Below, in pieces: positions 10,925 to 19,978 of a stretch of 64,000 nt of DNA. Positions within the stretch are counted from its first letter, which is position 1. Every line of letters starts with the position of its first letter. Where the stretch lies: positions 102,866 through 166,865 of the forward strand of contig JBAZXC010000002.1 of assembly GCA_041660065.1 (NCBI GenBank), in the 5' to 3' direction. Made by a program: the position numbers and the translations under genes. The stretch comes from Parcubacteria group bacterium (GTDB lineage Bacteria > Patescibacteriota > Minisyncoccia > Moranbacterales > GCA-2747515). The notes beneath the pieces are model-generated. The model was not told the origin of the DNA. It saw nothing but the letters and a program-made list of their open reading frames with translations, and ran no database searches.

Positions 10925-12112
10925 TTATACTGTATGCAATTTTGTAATTTCTTTTTTGCAAAACAAAAACATGATCAATAAAATGATCGCAACGACCACC
11001 GGTAATATAAAAAAGTATTGAGGCTGATTGATAGTGAATAAAATACACCCAAAAACTACCATACGACCAACTACCGTCGGCACTTCACGCAAGATGATAA
11101 ATTCTTCTTCATTTTTATCTTTGACCGATTTGTAGATATAACTGAAATATGGCACAAGAAAAAATGTCATTGAGAACGCACCTACCAGCGTTAATACATA
11201 CGCCATGATTTGTCCGTGAGAGAAAATCCTACCAACAGACACAACAATGACACACAGTGCTGCAATGATAATAAGTTTATGCGGATCTTTATTTGCTTTC
11301 TTCCCTATAAAAAACAAAAATAGAATTCCACCAATTGACGACAAGCTCCCTACTATGCCAGGCACTGCTAATGACCCGATCATGATGTACACATAAATAC
11401 TCCAATACCAATGTGATTCTTCGATTACATTATCAAGTGACTCAAGAAAAAATAATTTCTTTCGTTTTTTTATTTTTGCAAAAGTCTCTTTCCAATGCAA
11501 TGATAATTTTGATTCATGACTTTTAATGCCGTGAAGTGGGATAAATGACAAGATGAGTCCCAAGATTGCAATGATAAATATCGGCCAAAACCCGACAAAA
11601 TAAACCATCACAACACTTATGAGCGGATTGAGTACTTGTAAAATTTTTGGTAAAGCAAAAAACGTTGCAAGATCGGTGCCCATTTTATCAAAATCTGTAT
11701 GTTTTACCAAAAGAATATTTAATGGCACCCAATAGATAAATGTTGCCATTCCGCCGACCATTGCCACAATGCCAAATGGCATATGCCAGTCTTGCATAAA
11801 ATACAAACTTACATAAAAAAGAATTTCCATCGGATAATAAAGTTGAAAAATACGCACCAATCCGATTTTTTGTATCAATGGTGAGATTACAAATAGAGTA
11901 AATAACAAACCAAATCCATGGAAGATTGCATAAAAAACAACGACATCTGTCAATGTATTGCCAATCGTCAATAAATACACCGGCACATAAATGCTCACAA
12001 AAGAAAGCGCAATTGATCGGATCGTGTGTGCAATATGGATGCGATAGATCTCTCGCTTGTCTTTTATGATTTTTTGGAAAATCAATTGTACTTCAAACAA
12101 ATTTTTTATCAT
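10925..12112 (-). CDS. MFS-type transporter
   Basis: About 12 hydrophobic segments in about 395 aa. Start taken at ATG 12112 to avoid overlap with the upstream gene. Confidence 0.7.
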   Translation of the reverse strand: MIKNLFEVQLIFQKIIKDKREIYRIHIAHTIRSIALSFVSIYVPVYLLTIGNTLTDVVVFYAIFHGFGLLFTLFVISPLIQKIGLVRIFQLYYPMEILFYVSLYFMQDWHMPFGIVAMVGGMATFIYWVPLNILLVKHTDFDKMGTDLATFFALPKILQVLNPLISVVMVYFVGFWPIFIIAILGLILSFIPLHGIKSHESKLSLHWKETFAKIKKRKKLFFLESLDNVIEESHWYWSIYVYIMIGSLAVPGIVGSLSSIGGILFLFFIGKKANKDPHKLIIIAALCVIVVSVGRIFSHGQIMAYVLTLVGAFSMTFFLVPYFSYIYKSVKDKNEEEFIILREVPTVVGRMVVFGCILFTINQPQYFFILPVVVAIILLIMFLFCKKEITKLHTV

Positions 12113-12140
12113 TTCTAATTTTGAACTTCCAATATAATTT

Positions 12141-13142
12141 TCATTTATTTTCCATAAATTTTTTAAGCCCCTCAACTGTAATTTCATAACTTCTCACGAA
12201 AGAATCATCCACGTGCGCATAAAGTAATCCCTTCCCATTTTGTTGATCCATAAAATAACTGGCAAAGGTAATCGTTTTTGCTTGACTGTCCCTGATAAAA
12301 TAATTTGGAGAGATCCACTCAATTTTACCTTCTTCATAATTATAGATAAATAAACCTACAGAAAATTTTCCATATTTTACAAACGTCCCGTTTTTTCTAT
12401 CCACCTCTCTGCCATTCATAAACCCAAGACACTTCCCCTCTCCTACATCAATAAATTTTCTTGACATCAACGGACCTGGTGAAGCATGTCCACCAGCCCA
12501 TTCAATATTTTCTTTTTTAGGGTGAAAAACTGTTTTGCCAAATTTCCAATTTTTCCCCATGTCTTCCGCGATGACCGTTCTTATAGTCGAATACCAATAT
12601 CCTTTGCCATGATCACTCGATTCAACAAGATTATATCTAAATCCACGTTTATTCATCGGAGCAATCGACACTTCTTTTGCTCCACAGTTATTTTTTTCCA
12701 TCAAAACCGGTTGTGTCATTGTCAAATCACTCAGATCTGTCCCAAATGCATGCCCCAAGTGCACGACCGCATTTCCTGTTCGTTTATTAAATAAAGGGAT
12801 TGTAAAATAGACATGCAGTGTATTATTTGTCTCATCCGCCCAAATATCCGGATCTTCAAATCCGATAAAGTCTAGTCCTTTTTTATTGAGAGAGTTTATG
12901 ATTTCTTCTGTATTTTTCATGTACAGTTCACATGTGATCTCATAGATCCCTGCATCATTTTTTACTACTTTATACAAAGCACTTCTGTCAACATACCCTC
13001 GTTTTTCCACATCTCCCTCTCTGCTGACTACACATCTAATAATGCCTTCTTTCCAATCAAAATGTGAATTGAGAGTCAAAGCCATAATATGTTTAAACCT
13101 TCTATCAGATTTTATAGCTGTTTCTTTATTTTCTAAATACAT
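12141..13142 (-). CDS. GH130/GH43-like five-bladed beta-propeller glycosidase or phosphorylase-like protein
   Basis: GFEDPDIW, GAKE, KYGKFSVGLF and LLYAHVDD resemble predicted GH130-type glycosidases. Confidence 0.5.
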   Translation of the reverse strand: MYLENKETAIKSDRRFKHIMALTLNSHFDWKEGIIRCVVSREGDVEKRGYVDRSALYKVVKNDAGIYEITCELYMKNTEEIINSLNKKGLDFIGFEDPDIWADETNNTLHVYFTIPLFNKRTGNAVVHLGHAFGTDLSDLTMTQPVLMEKNNCGAKEVSIAPMNKRGFRYNLVESSDHGKGYWYSTIRTVIAEDMGKNWKFGKTVFHPKKENIEWAGGHASPGPLMSRKFIDVGEGKCLGFMNGREVDRKNGTFVKYGKFSVGLFIYNYEEGKIEWISPNYFIRDSQAKTITFASYFMDQQNGKGLLYAHVDDSFVRSYEITVEGLKKFMENK

Positions 13143-13255
13143 TTTTTTATATACGCTTTAATATGCTTGTGCATTTACACATCCACACCGATTATATCAT
13201 AAATACAAAGAAAAGAGGCGACTACAATTATGTAATCCGCCTCTCTTGTTGAGAT

Positions 13256-14878
13256 TTATTGAATGGATGCCACCATCCAGCTGATCGCATTTGCGATCGC
13301 TTGTGCCGTGGCATGATTTGAATCTTCATGTACGGCATGTCCACTATGAATATGTTCTCTGCCAGGAATGGTATCGTGCGTCATTTTCAGTTGTACATAG
13401 ACATCACCAAGTGCTTCATCACCCTTTGTGACTTGCACCGGGCGCCAATATTCTTGCGAGATCGTATATTCTTGCAATTGTGGAAAAAATTCTTTTGCAA
13501 TGGCGACAACAGCATCAAATGCCGCACTCACAGGACCATTGCCGGTGCGCACGGCTGCTACTTTTTTACCGTGCAATGATGCGATGACGGATGCTGTTGG
13601 TATTGTACCCTTGCCACTCACAATTGTGGAACGATCGATCACAATGCTACATGGCACTTCCTTGATCACATCTGTTACAACTGCGACAACTTCTCGATCA
13701 CTCAAAGAAGTACCGCGCCGTCCTTCTGAGATACGCTTGATCTCTACCATGATCTCTGCAAGCTGCTCTTTTTTTACGACAAAACCAAGCTCTTTAAGTT
13801 TTGTCATAATGCCCTCCTTGCCGGAAAATTGTGTCACCACAGTCTTCACGCCGGTGTGTCCATATTTTTTTGGATCCCAACTATAATATGGGCTGACGGT
13901 TGTACCGTTTTGCTTTGCTTTTTCTTCAATGGCCTGATGCGTACCGGAACTGCAAATGCCATTTTGATCTCCCACCACAACCCAGTGTCGTGGCACAGGC
14001 ATGCCCAGACAGTTTGCGATCATGTGAACGATCTCCACAACAATTGCAGGATCGAAACGTATGTTATACCCACCAAAAATATCTTGGCGTGTATGCATGT
14101 TCATGATCACGGACTCAAATTTCGTCATACCGCTACGCTCACCCAGTCCATAAAATGTACCTTGCACTTCTGTGATACCATGTATAATTCCTTGCAAAGC
14201 ATTTGTCGTACTGTGATCACTATCATTGTGACAGTGACATGCAATACGCGCTTTATGAATGTTTGACACATGCGCAAATACATATGCGATGAAATCGCCA
14301 AACTCGTTGAGAATACGCAATCCGGTTGTGTCAGGCAAATTGACACTCGTTGCACCGGCAGTGATCACTGCTTCCACGATCTTGCAAATAAATTCTTTGC
14401 CCGCTCGCGCAGCATCTTCCGGCGAAAACTGCACATGGTGGAAACCAATACTTCTGGCATATCGCACCATATCAACTGCAGTGTCAATCACCCATTGTCG
14501 TTTTCCCTCCGGCGAATCACCATATTTCTCAGCATCGAATTGTGCGAGCATAAGCTCGTCACTTACCGGAATATAAATATGAACCATGTCACAACCGGCG
14601 ACTTTTACCGCATCAATATCTGCCTCCACAGCACGAGCCAGTCCTGAAAGAATAGGCTTATGATGTGTTTTTGTACCTCGCACAACGTCAACGATCTCTC
14701 GACATCGTTTTGGATTGCCTTTTGCACTGCCGGGAAAACCGATCTCGATGATGTCAATTCCGCCTTTCACCAACTTTCTCACATAGCGATCCTGGTCTGC
14801 AGGCGTGATCGCCCCACCGTCAACTTGCGCAGATTCACGTAGCGCCACATCATTCAACCAAATCTTCTTCTTTTCCAT
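13256..14878 (-). CDS. leuA: 2-isopropylmalate synthase-like (DRE-TIM metallolyase with LeuA regulatory domain)
   Basis: IIEIGFP, FSPEDAAR, NLPDTTG, HCHND, GLGERSG and C-terminal GNGPV. Start at ATG 14878 after GAGGAG. Confidence 0.8.
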   Translation of the reverse strand: MEKKKIWLNDVALRESAQVDGGAITPADQDRYVRKLVKGGIDIIEIGFPGSAKGNPKRCREIVDVVRGTKTHHKPILSGLARAVEADIDAVKVAGCDMVHIYIPVSDELMLAQFDAEKYGDSPEGKRQWVIDTAVDMVRYARSIGFHHVQFSPEDAARAGKEFICKIVEAVITAGATSVNLPDTTGLRILNEFGDFIAYVFAHVSNIHKARIACHCHNDSDHSTTNALQGIIHGITEVQGTFYGLGERSGMTKFESVIMNMHTRQDIFGGYNIRFDPAIVVEIVHMIANCLGMPVPRHWVVVGDQNGICSSGTHQAIEEKAKQNGTTVSPYYSWDPKKYGHTGVKTVVTQFSGKEGIMTKLKELGFVVKKEQLAEIMVEIKRISEGRRGTSLSDREVVAVVTDVIKEVPCSIVIDRSTIVSGKGTIPTASVIASLHGKKVAAVRTGNGPVSAAFDAVVAIAKEFFPQLQEYTISQEYWRPVQVTKGDEALGDVYVQLKMTHDTIPGREHIHSGHAVHEDSNHATAQAIANAISWMVASIQ

Positions 14879-14957
14879 CACTCTCTCCTCATCCTTTTTT
14901 GAATTTTTTGATCTTCTCTTCAACTGTTAATGAACCCATGAATTGACCCATGTAAAC

Positions 14958-14979
14958 AAAAAAACCTGACAGTGTCAGG
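14958..14979 (-). terminator. intrinsic terminator (attenuator) upstream of leuA
   Basis: Minus strand CCTGAC-ACT-GTCAGG followed by T7. Confidence 0.75.
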
Positions 14980-15016
14980 CAGTATCAATGTTTTGTCCTA
15001 TATTACTCGTAAAACA

Positions 15017-15088
15017 TTACCCAACACAAAAACCTTCCTCAACGAGGAGTAGCAGGGCTAGCAGGTTTTGTGCTGTATAGTGTTTCAT
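15017..15088 (-). CDS. Leu-rich leader peptide MKHYTAQNLLALLLLVEEGFCVG (LeuL-like)
   Basis: Manual translation. Six Leu codons in seven positions (CTG CTA GCC CTG CTA CTC CTC), directly upstream of the terminator and leuA. Confidence 0.85.
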   Translation of the reverse strand: MKHYTAQNLLALLLLVEEGFCVG

Positions 15089-15138
15089 GCCGTCATTGTA
15101 ACAAAAGATGTTTTTTTGTCAAACAGCTAATAAAAAAT

Positions 15139-15687
15139 CTATGTGTTTTGTTGCTGCAAAAATTTCCTTAATTGTGCAATTGGTCTGATCTGGAGATATG
15201 TCTTTTCATAATCTTTTTCACTAAGTGACGCACGTGTCATTGTATACCCCGTGGGAATGAAAAAATGGTCCCAATCAAAACCGTTTTTCCCTGCCGGTTT
15301 TTTGGCAATTTCTCCCACTAATTTTTTTTCAAATATTTTTAACGTCTTGCCATCATAATATCCGATCGCACATCGCGCTGTTGCTTTGCGACTTTTGCCG
15401 TTGAGTAAATCACAAATATTGTGAAATGGCATTTGATCAACAAAAAAACGAATGAACGGTCCAGGCAATTTCCCCAATGCCTCAAATTCCAACGACACAT
15501 CCTCCACGATCACAGGTTTCTTGATTTTTTGGTATGCCTGTCGAACCTTGTGCTCGATGATTTCTTTCAATCGCAAAGATTGGATCTCATCGAGATCGAT
15601 CTTTTCGTGATCGATCGGATGACCCAAAAATTTTGCCAGATAATCCGCCTTGTTTTGATTGCCTGTTACAAATACAATATTTTTCAT
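15139..15687 (-). CDS. non-canonical purine NTP pyrophosphatase (Ham1/RdgB/ITPase family)
   Basis: VTGNQNK, VIVEDVSL, LPGPFI and GFDWD motifs. Confidence 0.9.
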   Translation of the reverse strand: MKNIVFVTGNQNKADYLAKFLGHPIDHEKIDLDEIQSLRLKEIIEHKVRQAYQKIKKPVIVEDVSLEFEALGKLPGPFIRFFVDQMPFHNICDLLNGKSRKATARCAIGYYDGKTLKIFEKKLVGEIAKKPAGKNGFDWDHFFIPTGYTMTRASLSEKDYEKTYLQIRPIAQLRKFLQQQNT

Positions 15688-15775
15688 ATGAGTTCTAATT
15701 TAAAAATATTTCCTATATAACCATTTTAATAAAAATGTCATTTTTTCTTTTATATAAAACATTTATTGAAAGCAA

Positions 15776-15857
15776 ATCTATGTCATCCTGAACTTGTTTC
15801 AGGATCTCGCGCTTATGGTTTATATAGATCCTGAAACAAGTTCAGGATGACATAGAT
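15776..15857. repeat. REP-like doublet: perfect 32-bp inverted repeat, each arm internally palindromic
   Basis: ATCTATGTCATCCTGAACTTGTTTCAGGATCT, an 18-nt spacer, then AGATCCTGAAACAAGTTCAGGATGACATAGAT. Confidence 0.9.
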
Positions 15858-15981
15858 ATCGATGAGTTCATGCGTCATCATAACAAATACATGATCGCGA
15901 TGCAAAACACTAAATCATTGACGAACATCTTTTTATCATTATGATAGATATACTCACGTTTCGTGATATAATACCAACATT

Positions 15982-16428
15982 ATGGCAGTGATCGCACTCA
16001 ATAAGCAAGCAAAATTCGATTATGAACTCATTGACCACTATGAGGCGGGTTTGGCATTGTTCGGTCATGAGGTCAAATCGATCAAAACGGGACACATTTC
16101 ACTCAAAGGCGCTTTTGTCACAGTAAAAGGTAGTGAGCTTTATCTCACCAATGCGATGATCCCTCTCTATAAACATGCAGCAAATATCAAAGAGTATGAT
16201 CCAAATCGGTCTCGTAAGCTCCTCGTCAAAAAGTCGGAAATCCGCTCGCTGATCGGCAAAAAACAACAGGCTGGCTTGACATTGGTACCGATTCGTGTTT
16301 ATACTAAGGGAAAGCTGATCAAGCTTGATTTTGCGCTTGCAAAAGGCAAGGCAAAATATGACAAGCGTCAGACGATCAAAAAACGTGAAACTGACCGCAA
16401 TATCACACGCGCATTGCGCAGAGGTTAA
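15982..16428 (+). CDS. smpB: SsrA-binding protein
   Basis: NKQAKFDY, EAGLALFGHEVKSIK, KGKAKYDKRQTIK. Adjacent to tmRNA. Confidence 0.98.
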   Translation: MAVIALNKQAKFDYELIDHYEAGLALFGHEVKSIKTGHISLKGAFVTVKGSELYLTNAMIPLYKHAANIKEYDPNRSRKLLVKKSEIRSLIGKKQQAGLTLVPIRVYTKGKLIKLDFALAKGKAKYDKRQTIKKRETDRNITRALRRG

Positions 16429-16498
16429 AAAATATGAACATTGACAATCAAAAAGCAATCGCCGCATGCATCGCTTATAGACAAAGCGTTGCAAGCGG

Positions 16499-16920
16499 GG
16501 GGATGCTTTTAGCTTTCGACAGTTTGTCGTCTGCCGATATGCACGTCGGGCATGTATATTCACCCCGTAAAACTGGTATACACATTGATAAGTGCAAACT
16601 TCATCAACAAAGCAAAAGTAGCATTTGCTAACGCATTTGCTCCATCTTTTGCACCGTCTCTCGCGTAATAAACGCTTGAGCCATCACACAGTCGATATCT
16701 CATAGACTGATCGTGGTGTCATATTATGAGGTTCGTCACATTGGAGTATCATTGCTTCTTTATGACTAAATCTACAATGATAGATCATGGGATTTTTTGA
16801 TCACTTTATCGCCCGTGATCGAACATGTCGATTTGCATCGACACGAAAAGTGCTCTAAACGTGTAAGAAGTATTGTCGGATCAACAAATTTGGACGTGGG
16901 TGCAATTCCCACCATCTCCA
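16499..16920 (+). ncRNA. ssrA: tmRNA
   Basis: 5' GGGGATG..TTTCGAC and 3' GGACGTGGGTGCAATTCCCACCATCTCCA form the tRNA-Ala-like domain. ATAAGT-GCA resume signal, with tag ORF at 16594-16668. Confidence 0.95.
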
Positions 16921-17081
16921 CAAATTTAGTATATGAGACATGTAGACTTGTAGACCACTAGAAAAAAATCTACATATCTCATAACTTGAAGTACGATATG
17001 ACCTCATTTAAATATTTGGACACATTGTGCTAGTATATATATACTTTACAAACTTTTTACTTTTAACTTTACACTGAATTT

Positions 17082-17627
17082 ATGCGCAGACGATTCCGTA
17101 GAAAACCCAAGAGAACACCTCTCGTGCCACATATGCGTGCCAATGAAAAGATCTTTGCTGATCCGATCGTTTTGATCGATCACAACGATGAATTCATCGG
17201 CGAAATCCCTCTTTCGCAAGCACGTGCCCTGGCAGAAAGTTCCGGCCTTGATCTCGTGGAGGTATCACCCAAAGCAAATCCTCCCGTATGTAAAATTCTC
17301 GATTACGGCAAATTTCAGTATGCCCAAACCAAACAGTTCCGCCAAAGCAAGTCCCAACAAAAAGTCGTTACCACAAAAGGCGTGCGTATCGGTATTCGTA
17401 CAGACACACATGACCTGAGCTTTAAAAAAAGCCAAACGGAAAAATTCCTCACCAAAGGCAATAAAGTGAAAATCGAGATCGTACTCCGCGGACGAGAAAA
17501 AGCCCACCAAGACCTCGCGAGAGAAAACATGCAAAACTTTATCAAATCACTGGAAGTGCCATTTCGTACAGAAGAAGAAATTAAACGTTTCCCCGGTGGT
17601 TTTAATACGATCATCGCCCCGGAATAG
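17082..17627 (+). CDS. infC: translation initiation factor IF-3
   Basis: LDLVEVSPKANPPVCKILDYGKFQY; LRGRE. Confidence 0.97.
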   Translation: MRRRFRRKPKRTPLVPHMRANEKIFADPIVLIDHNDEFIGEIPLSQARALAESSGLDLVEVSPKANPPVCKILDYGKFQYAQTKQFRQSKSQQKVVTTKGVRIGIRTDTHDLSFKKSQTEKFLTKGNKVKIEIVLRGREKAHQDLARENMQNFIKSLEVPFRTEEEIKRFPGGFNTIIAPE

Positions 17628-17737
17628 ATATTTGACAAAAAATCCAAATTACTATAAAATCTTTTAATAGTCACTGATTTTTATTCAGCAGAAGCCGGAA
17701 GAGGCATTTTGCACTATATTTTATTAGAAAAAACACT

Positions 17738-17932
17738 ATGCCGAAGATGAAAACCAATAAAGCGTTGAAGAAAAAGTTCTCTGTATCAAAGAACAAAAAA
17801 GTAACCCGCCGTTCAACAGGACAAAATCACTTTAACGCAAAAGAATCCGGAAACACAACTCGTAGCAAGAGAAGTGATAAACGTCTTTTTAAGACAGATG
17901 AAAAAAACGTCCTCAAAGCGTTAATAAACTAA
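17738..17932 (+). CDS. rpmI: 50S ribosomal protein L35
   Basis: MPKMKTNK..KKF; position in infC-rpmI-rplT. Confidence 0.93.
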   Translation: MPKMKTNKALKKKFSVSKNKKVTRRSTGQNHFNAKESGNTTRSKRSDKRLFKTDEKNVLKALIN

Positions 17933-17965
17933 ACTTTATAAACTTTTAACTTTAAACTGAGTCGT

Positions 17966-18310
17966 ATGGCTAGAGTAAAACGAGGTGTTGCCGCCAACAA
18001 ACGAAGAAAAAATCTTCTCAAACTTGCAAAAGGATTCCGATGGCGTCGTAAGTCACATTATGTTGTTGCAAAGCAAGCAGTGATCAAAGCCGGCATCTAC
18101 AAATATCGCGATCGTCGCACAAAAAAGCGCACGATGCGCAATCTATGGATTGTCCGTCTCAATAACGCATTACGAATCAATGAATTGAGATACTCCATAT
18201 TCATCAACCTGATGAAAAAGAAAAATATCATTCTTGACCGTAAAGTACTCTCCCAACTTGCAATGGAAAACCCCGCAGTATTTACACAGTTTGTACAATC
18301 GATCAAATAA
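17966..18310 (+). CDS. rplT: 50S ribosomal protein L20
   Basis: MARVKRG..., YRDRRTKKR, LDRKVLSQLA. Confidence 0.98.
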   Translation: MARVKRGVAANKRRKNLLKLAKGFRWRRKSHYVVAKQAVIKAGIYKYRDRRTKKRTMRNLWIVRLNNALRINELRYSIFINLMKKKNIILDRKVLSQLAMENPAVFTQFVQSIK

Positions 18311-18323
18311 GATTTCCATTTAG

Positions 18324-18349
18324 AAAAACCGCTTTCGAGCGGTTTTTTT
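18324..18349 (+). terminator. intrinsic terminator after rplT
   Basis: AAAAACCGCT-TTCG-AGCGGTTTTTT. Confidence 0.85.
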
Positions 18350-18513
18350 GTATGAAACTATATAAACCATCACGGAAATGGCAAATGGTCGTATATAGAA
18401 AAATATGAGAATAACGAGACCGCACACTTGACTAAAATATAATGATGTGCTAAACTCCTAACCTAGTGAGAGGATTTCTTTTTACATATCAAATCTGAAC
18501 AAGTGGAGGAAGG

Positions 18514-18840
18514 ATGAACGTATCCATAGAAACGGAGCGAAAAACGGGATTGACCGTGTCCGAGCTTCGTGCAAGGCTAAATGTATCTCCAGATCACTTA
18601 CACGCCAATGAACTTGGCGTCATTTTTGTACAGTACGGTGATACGATCGCAGAACTAACATTGATCAATATGCTCGGAGAAAAAAACGCCAGCGTGCGGT
18701 TTGTGGCATATTGTCAATTAGTACGTGCGCATCGTTTATCACAAAACGCACACGATGCGTTGAAAAAATTTTGTTCCGCAAAAGAAAACTTTGACCTCAT
18801 TACAGAAGCAAAGGAACGCTTCTGGCTTCACGTAAACTAA
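18514..18840 (+). CDS. hypothetical protein
   Basis: GGAGG SD, upstream TTGACT..TAAACT promoter-like sequence, and a terminator hairpin at 18866-18900. Confidence 0.65.
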   Translation: MNVSIETERKTGLTVSELRARLNVSPDHLHANELGVIFVQYGDTIAELTLINMLGEKNASVRFVAYCQLVRAHRLSQNAHDALKKFCSAKENFDLITEAKERFWLHVN

Positions 18841-18902
18841 TGTGAAGACCGCTTACAAAAGAAACAGCCTCTCGTCACAACATGATGAGAGGCTGATTTT
18901 TA

Positions 18903-19037
18903 TTATTTTTTTGTGTGTTTTGCGATCGTGTCCCTTGTCAATCGAATAAGTGCATGAAAAGGCAACCAGAGCCACAGTGTGCGCTCCAGCCATTTACCGA
19001 TGATCTGGTTGATATTTGTATATTGTGGATTTGCCAT
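18903..19037 (-). CDS. small hypothetical protein (44 aa)
   Basis: Manual translation MANPQYTNINQIIGKWLERTLWLWLPFHALIRLTRDTIAKHTKK; below the ORF-track cutoff. Confidence 0.45.
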   Translation of the reverse strand: MANPQYTNINQIIGKWLERTLWLWLPFHALIRLTRDTIAKHTKK

Positions 19038-19090
19038 GTGTAAAATATAAAAGCCAAGAATATATAGCTTTTATTATATCACAGAATTCA

Positions 19091-19978
19091 TTACTGCTGT
19101 ATGTCCTGCGCTGTGCGATTACGTTTTTTGACCAATCGCACGATTACTTCTCCGAGCGATACAATATAAAGAAATACCACAATGCCTGCTGATACGAGAA
19201 ACCCTATTCTTATCGCCCCACTTTGGAAATCCGTACCAATTGCCAACACATGTACAACAACGAGCGCAAAAACGGCAACATGCAAAAAATGCAATCCTCT
19301 CCACAGTTTCTGTGGCAACTTTGCACGTAATAATGATGTGATGATCAAAATGATCATTATATACAACGCGATGATGCCCCATGCAATTGCATGCACATTG
19401 ATCACATCGGGATTTGCTGTAAATGGCACCAAAACCTCTATAAGTGACAAGTGTACAAATGTATCAAACATGAGCACAAGTCCATGCACGAAAATAAAGG
19501 CAAGAGCAAGAAATGAAAAATAGATATGCATATCGAGCTTGTAAATCGGCGCGACAAATCTTTTGAGAAATGGATTGCGAAATGACAGACCAAAAAAGGT
19601 CACTAGCCACAAGAGCACATAGGCCACAATGCCCGTTGCACGAGAAAAATACCATGAGATTGGTGCTCTCTCTGCTGTTGTGTCTGGAACCGTTTCTGCA
19701 AATTGAGTCACCAGCGGATCAGACGCATCGAGCGGATTAGTCCCATTAAGCACCTCCACACCATCAAAAAATCCATCATCATCCGTATCCGGATCATTGC
19801 TATCTGTGCCAAAAATTTGCACCTCTCCCTTATCGGTCAGTGCATCAAGGTCAGTATCAACGATTGGCTCTGTTCCATAATCTACCTTTTCTTGTGCATA
19901 TACAGACCCTGCGATCATCATACTCAAAAAGAACACTACACTAACGCACAATATTTTGTTGTATATCTTCTGTTGCAT
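19091..19978 (-). CDS. ferric reductase/MsrQ-like heme membrane protein with N-terminal acidic DxDxDG repeat
   Basis: WYFSRATGIVAY, conserved His (DMH, FVHG, WRGLH, VVH), GTD, and a TSP3-like DPDTDDDGFFDGVEV repeat. Confidence 0.8.
   Translation of the reverse strand: MQQKIYNKILCVSVVFFLSMMIAGSVYAQEKVDYGTEPIVDTDLDALTDKGEVQIFGTDSNDPDTDDDGFFDGVEVLNGTNPLDASDPLVTQFAETVPDTTAERAPISWYFSRATGIVAYVLLWLVTFFGLSFRNPFLKRFVAPIYKLDMHIYFSFLALAFIFVHGLVLMFDTFVHLSLIEVLVPFTANPDVINVHAIAWGIIALYIMIILIITSLLRAKLPQKLWRGLHFLHVAVFALVVVHVLAIGTDFQSGAIRIGFLVSAGIVVFLYIVSLGEVIVRLVKKRNRTAQDIQQ

Noticed and set aside
16434-16631. 65-aa ORF after smpB
   Set aside because: It overlaps tmRNA and is not the tag frame.
17628-17737. 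L20 autoregulatory leader
   Set aside because: A promoter-like sequence is present but I cannot match a known leader structure by eye.
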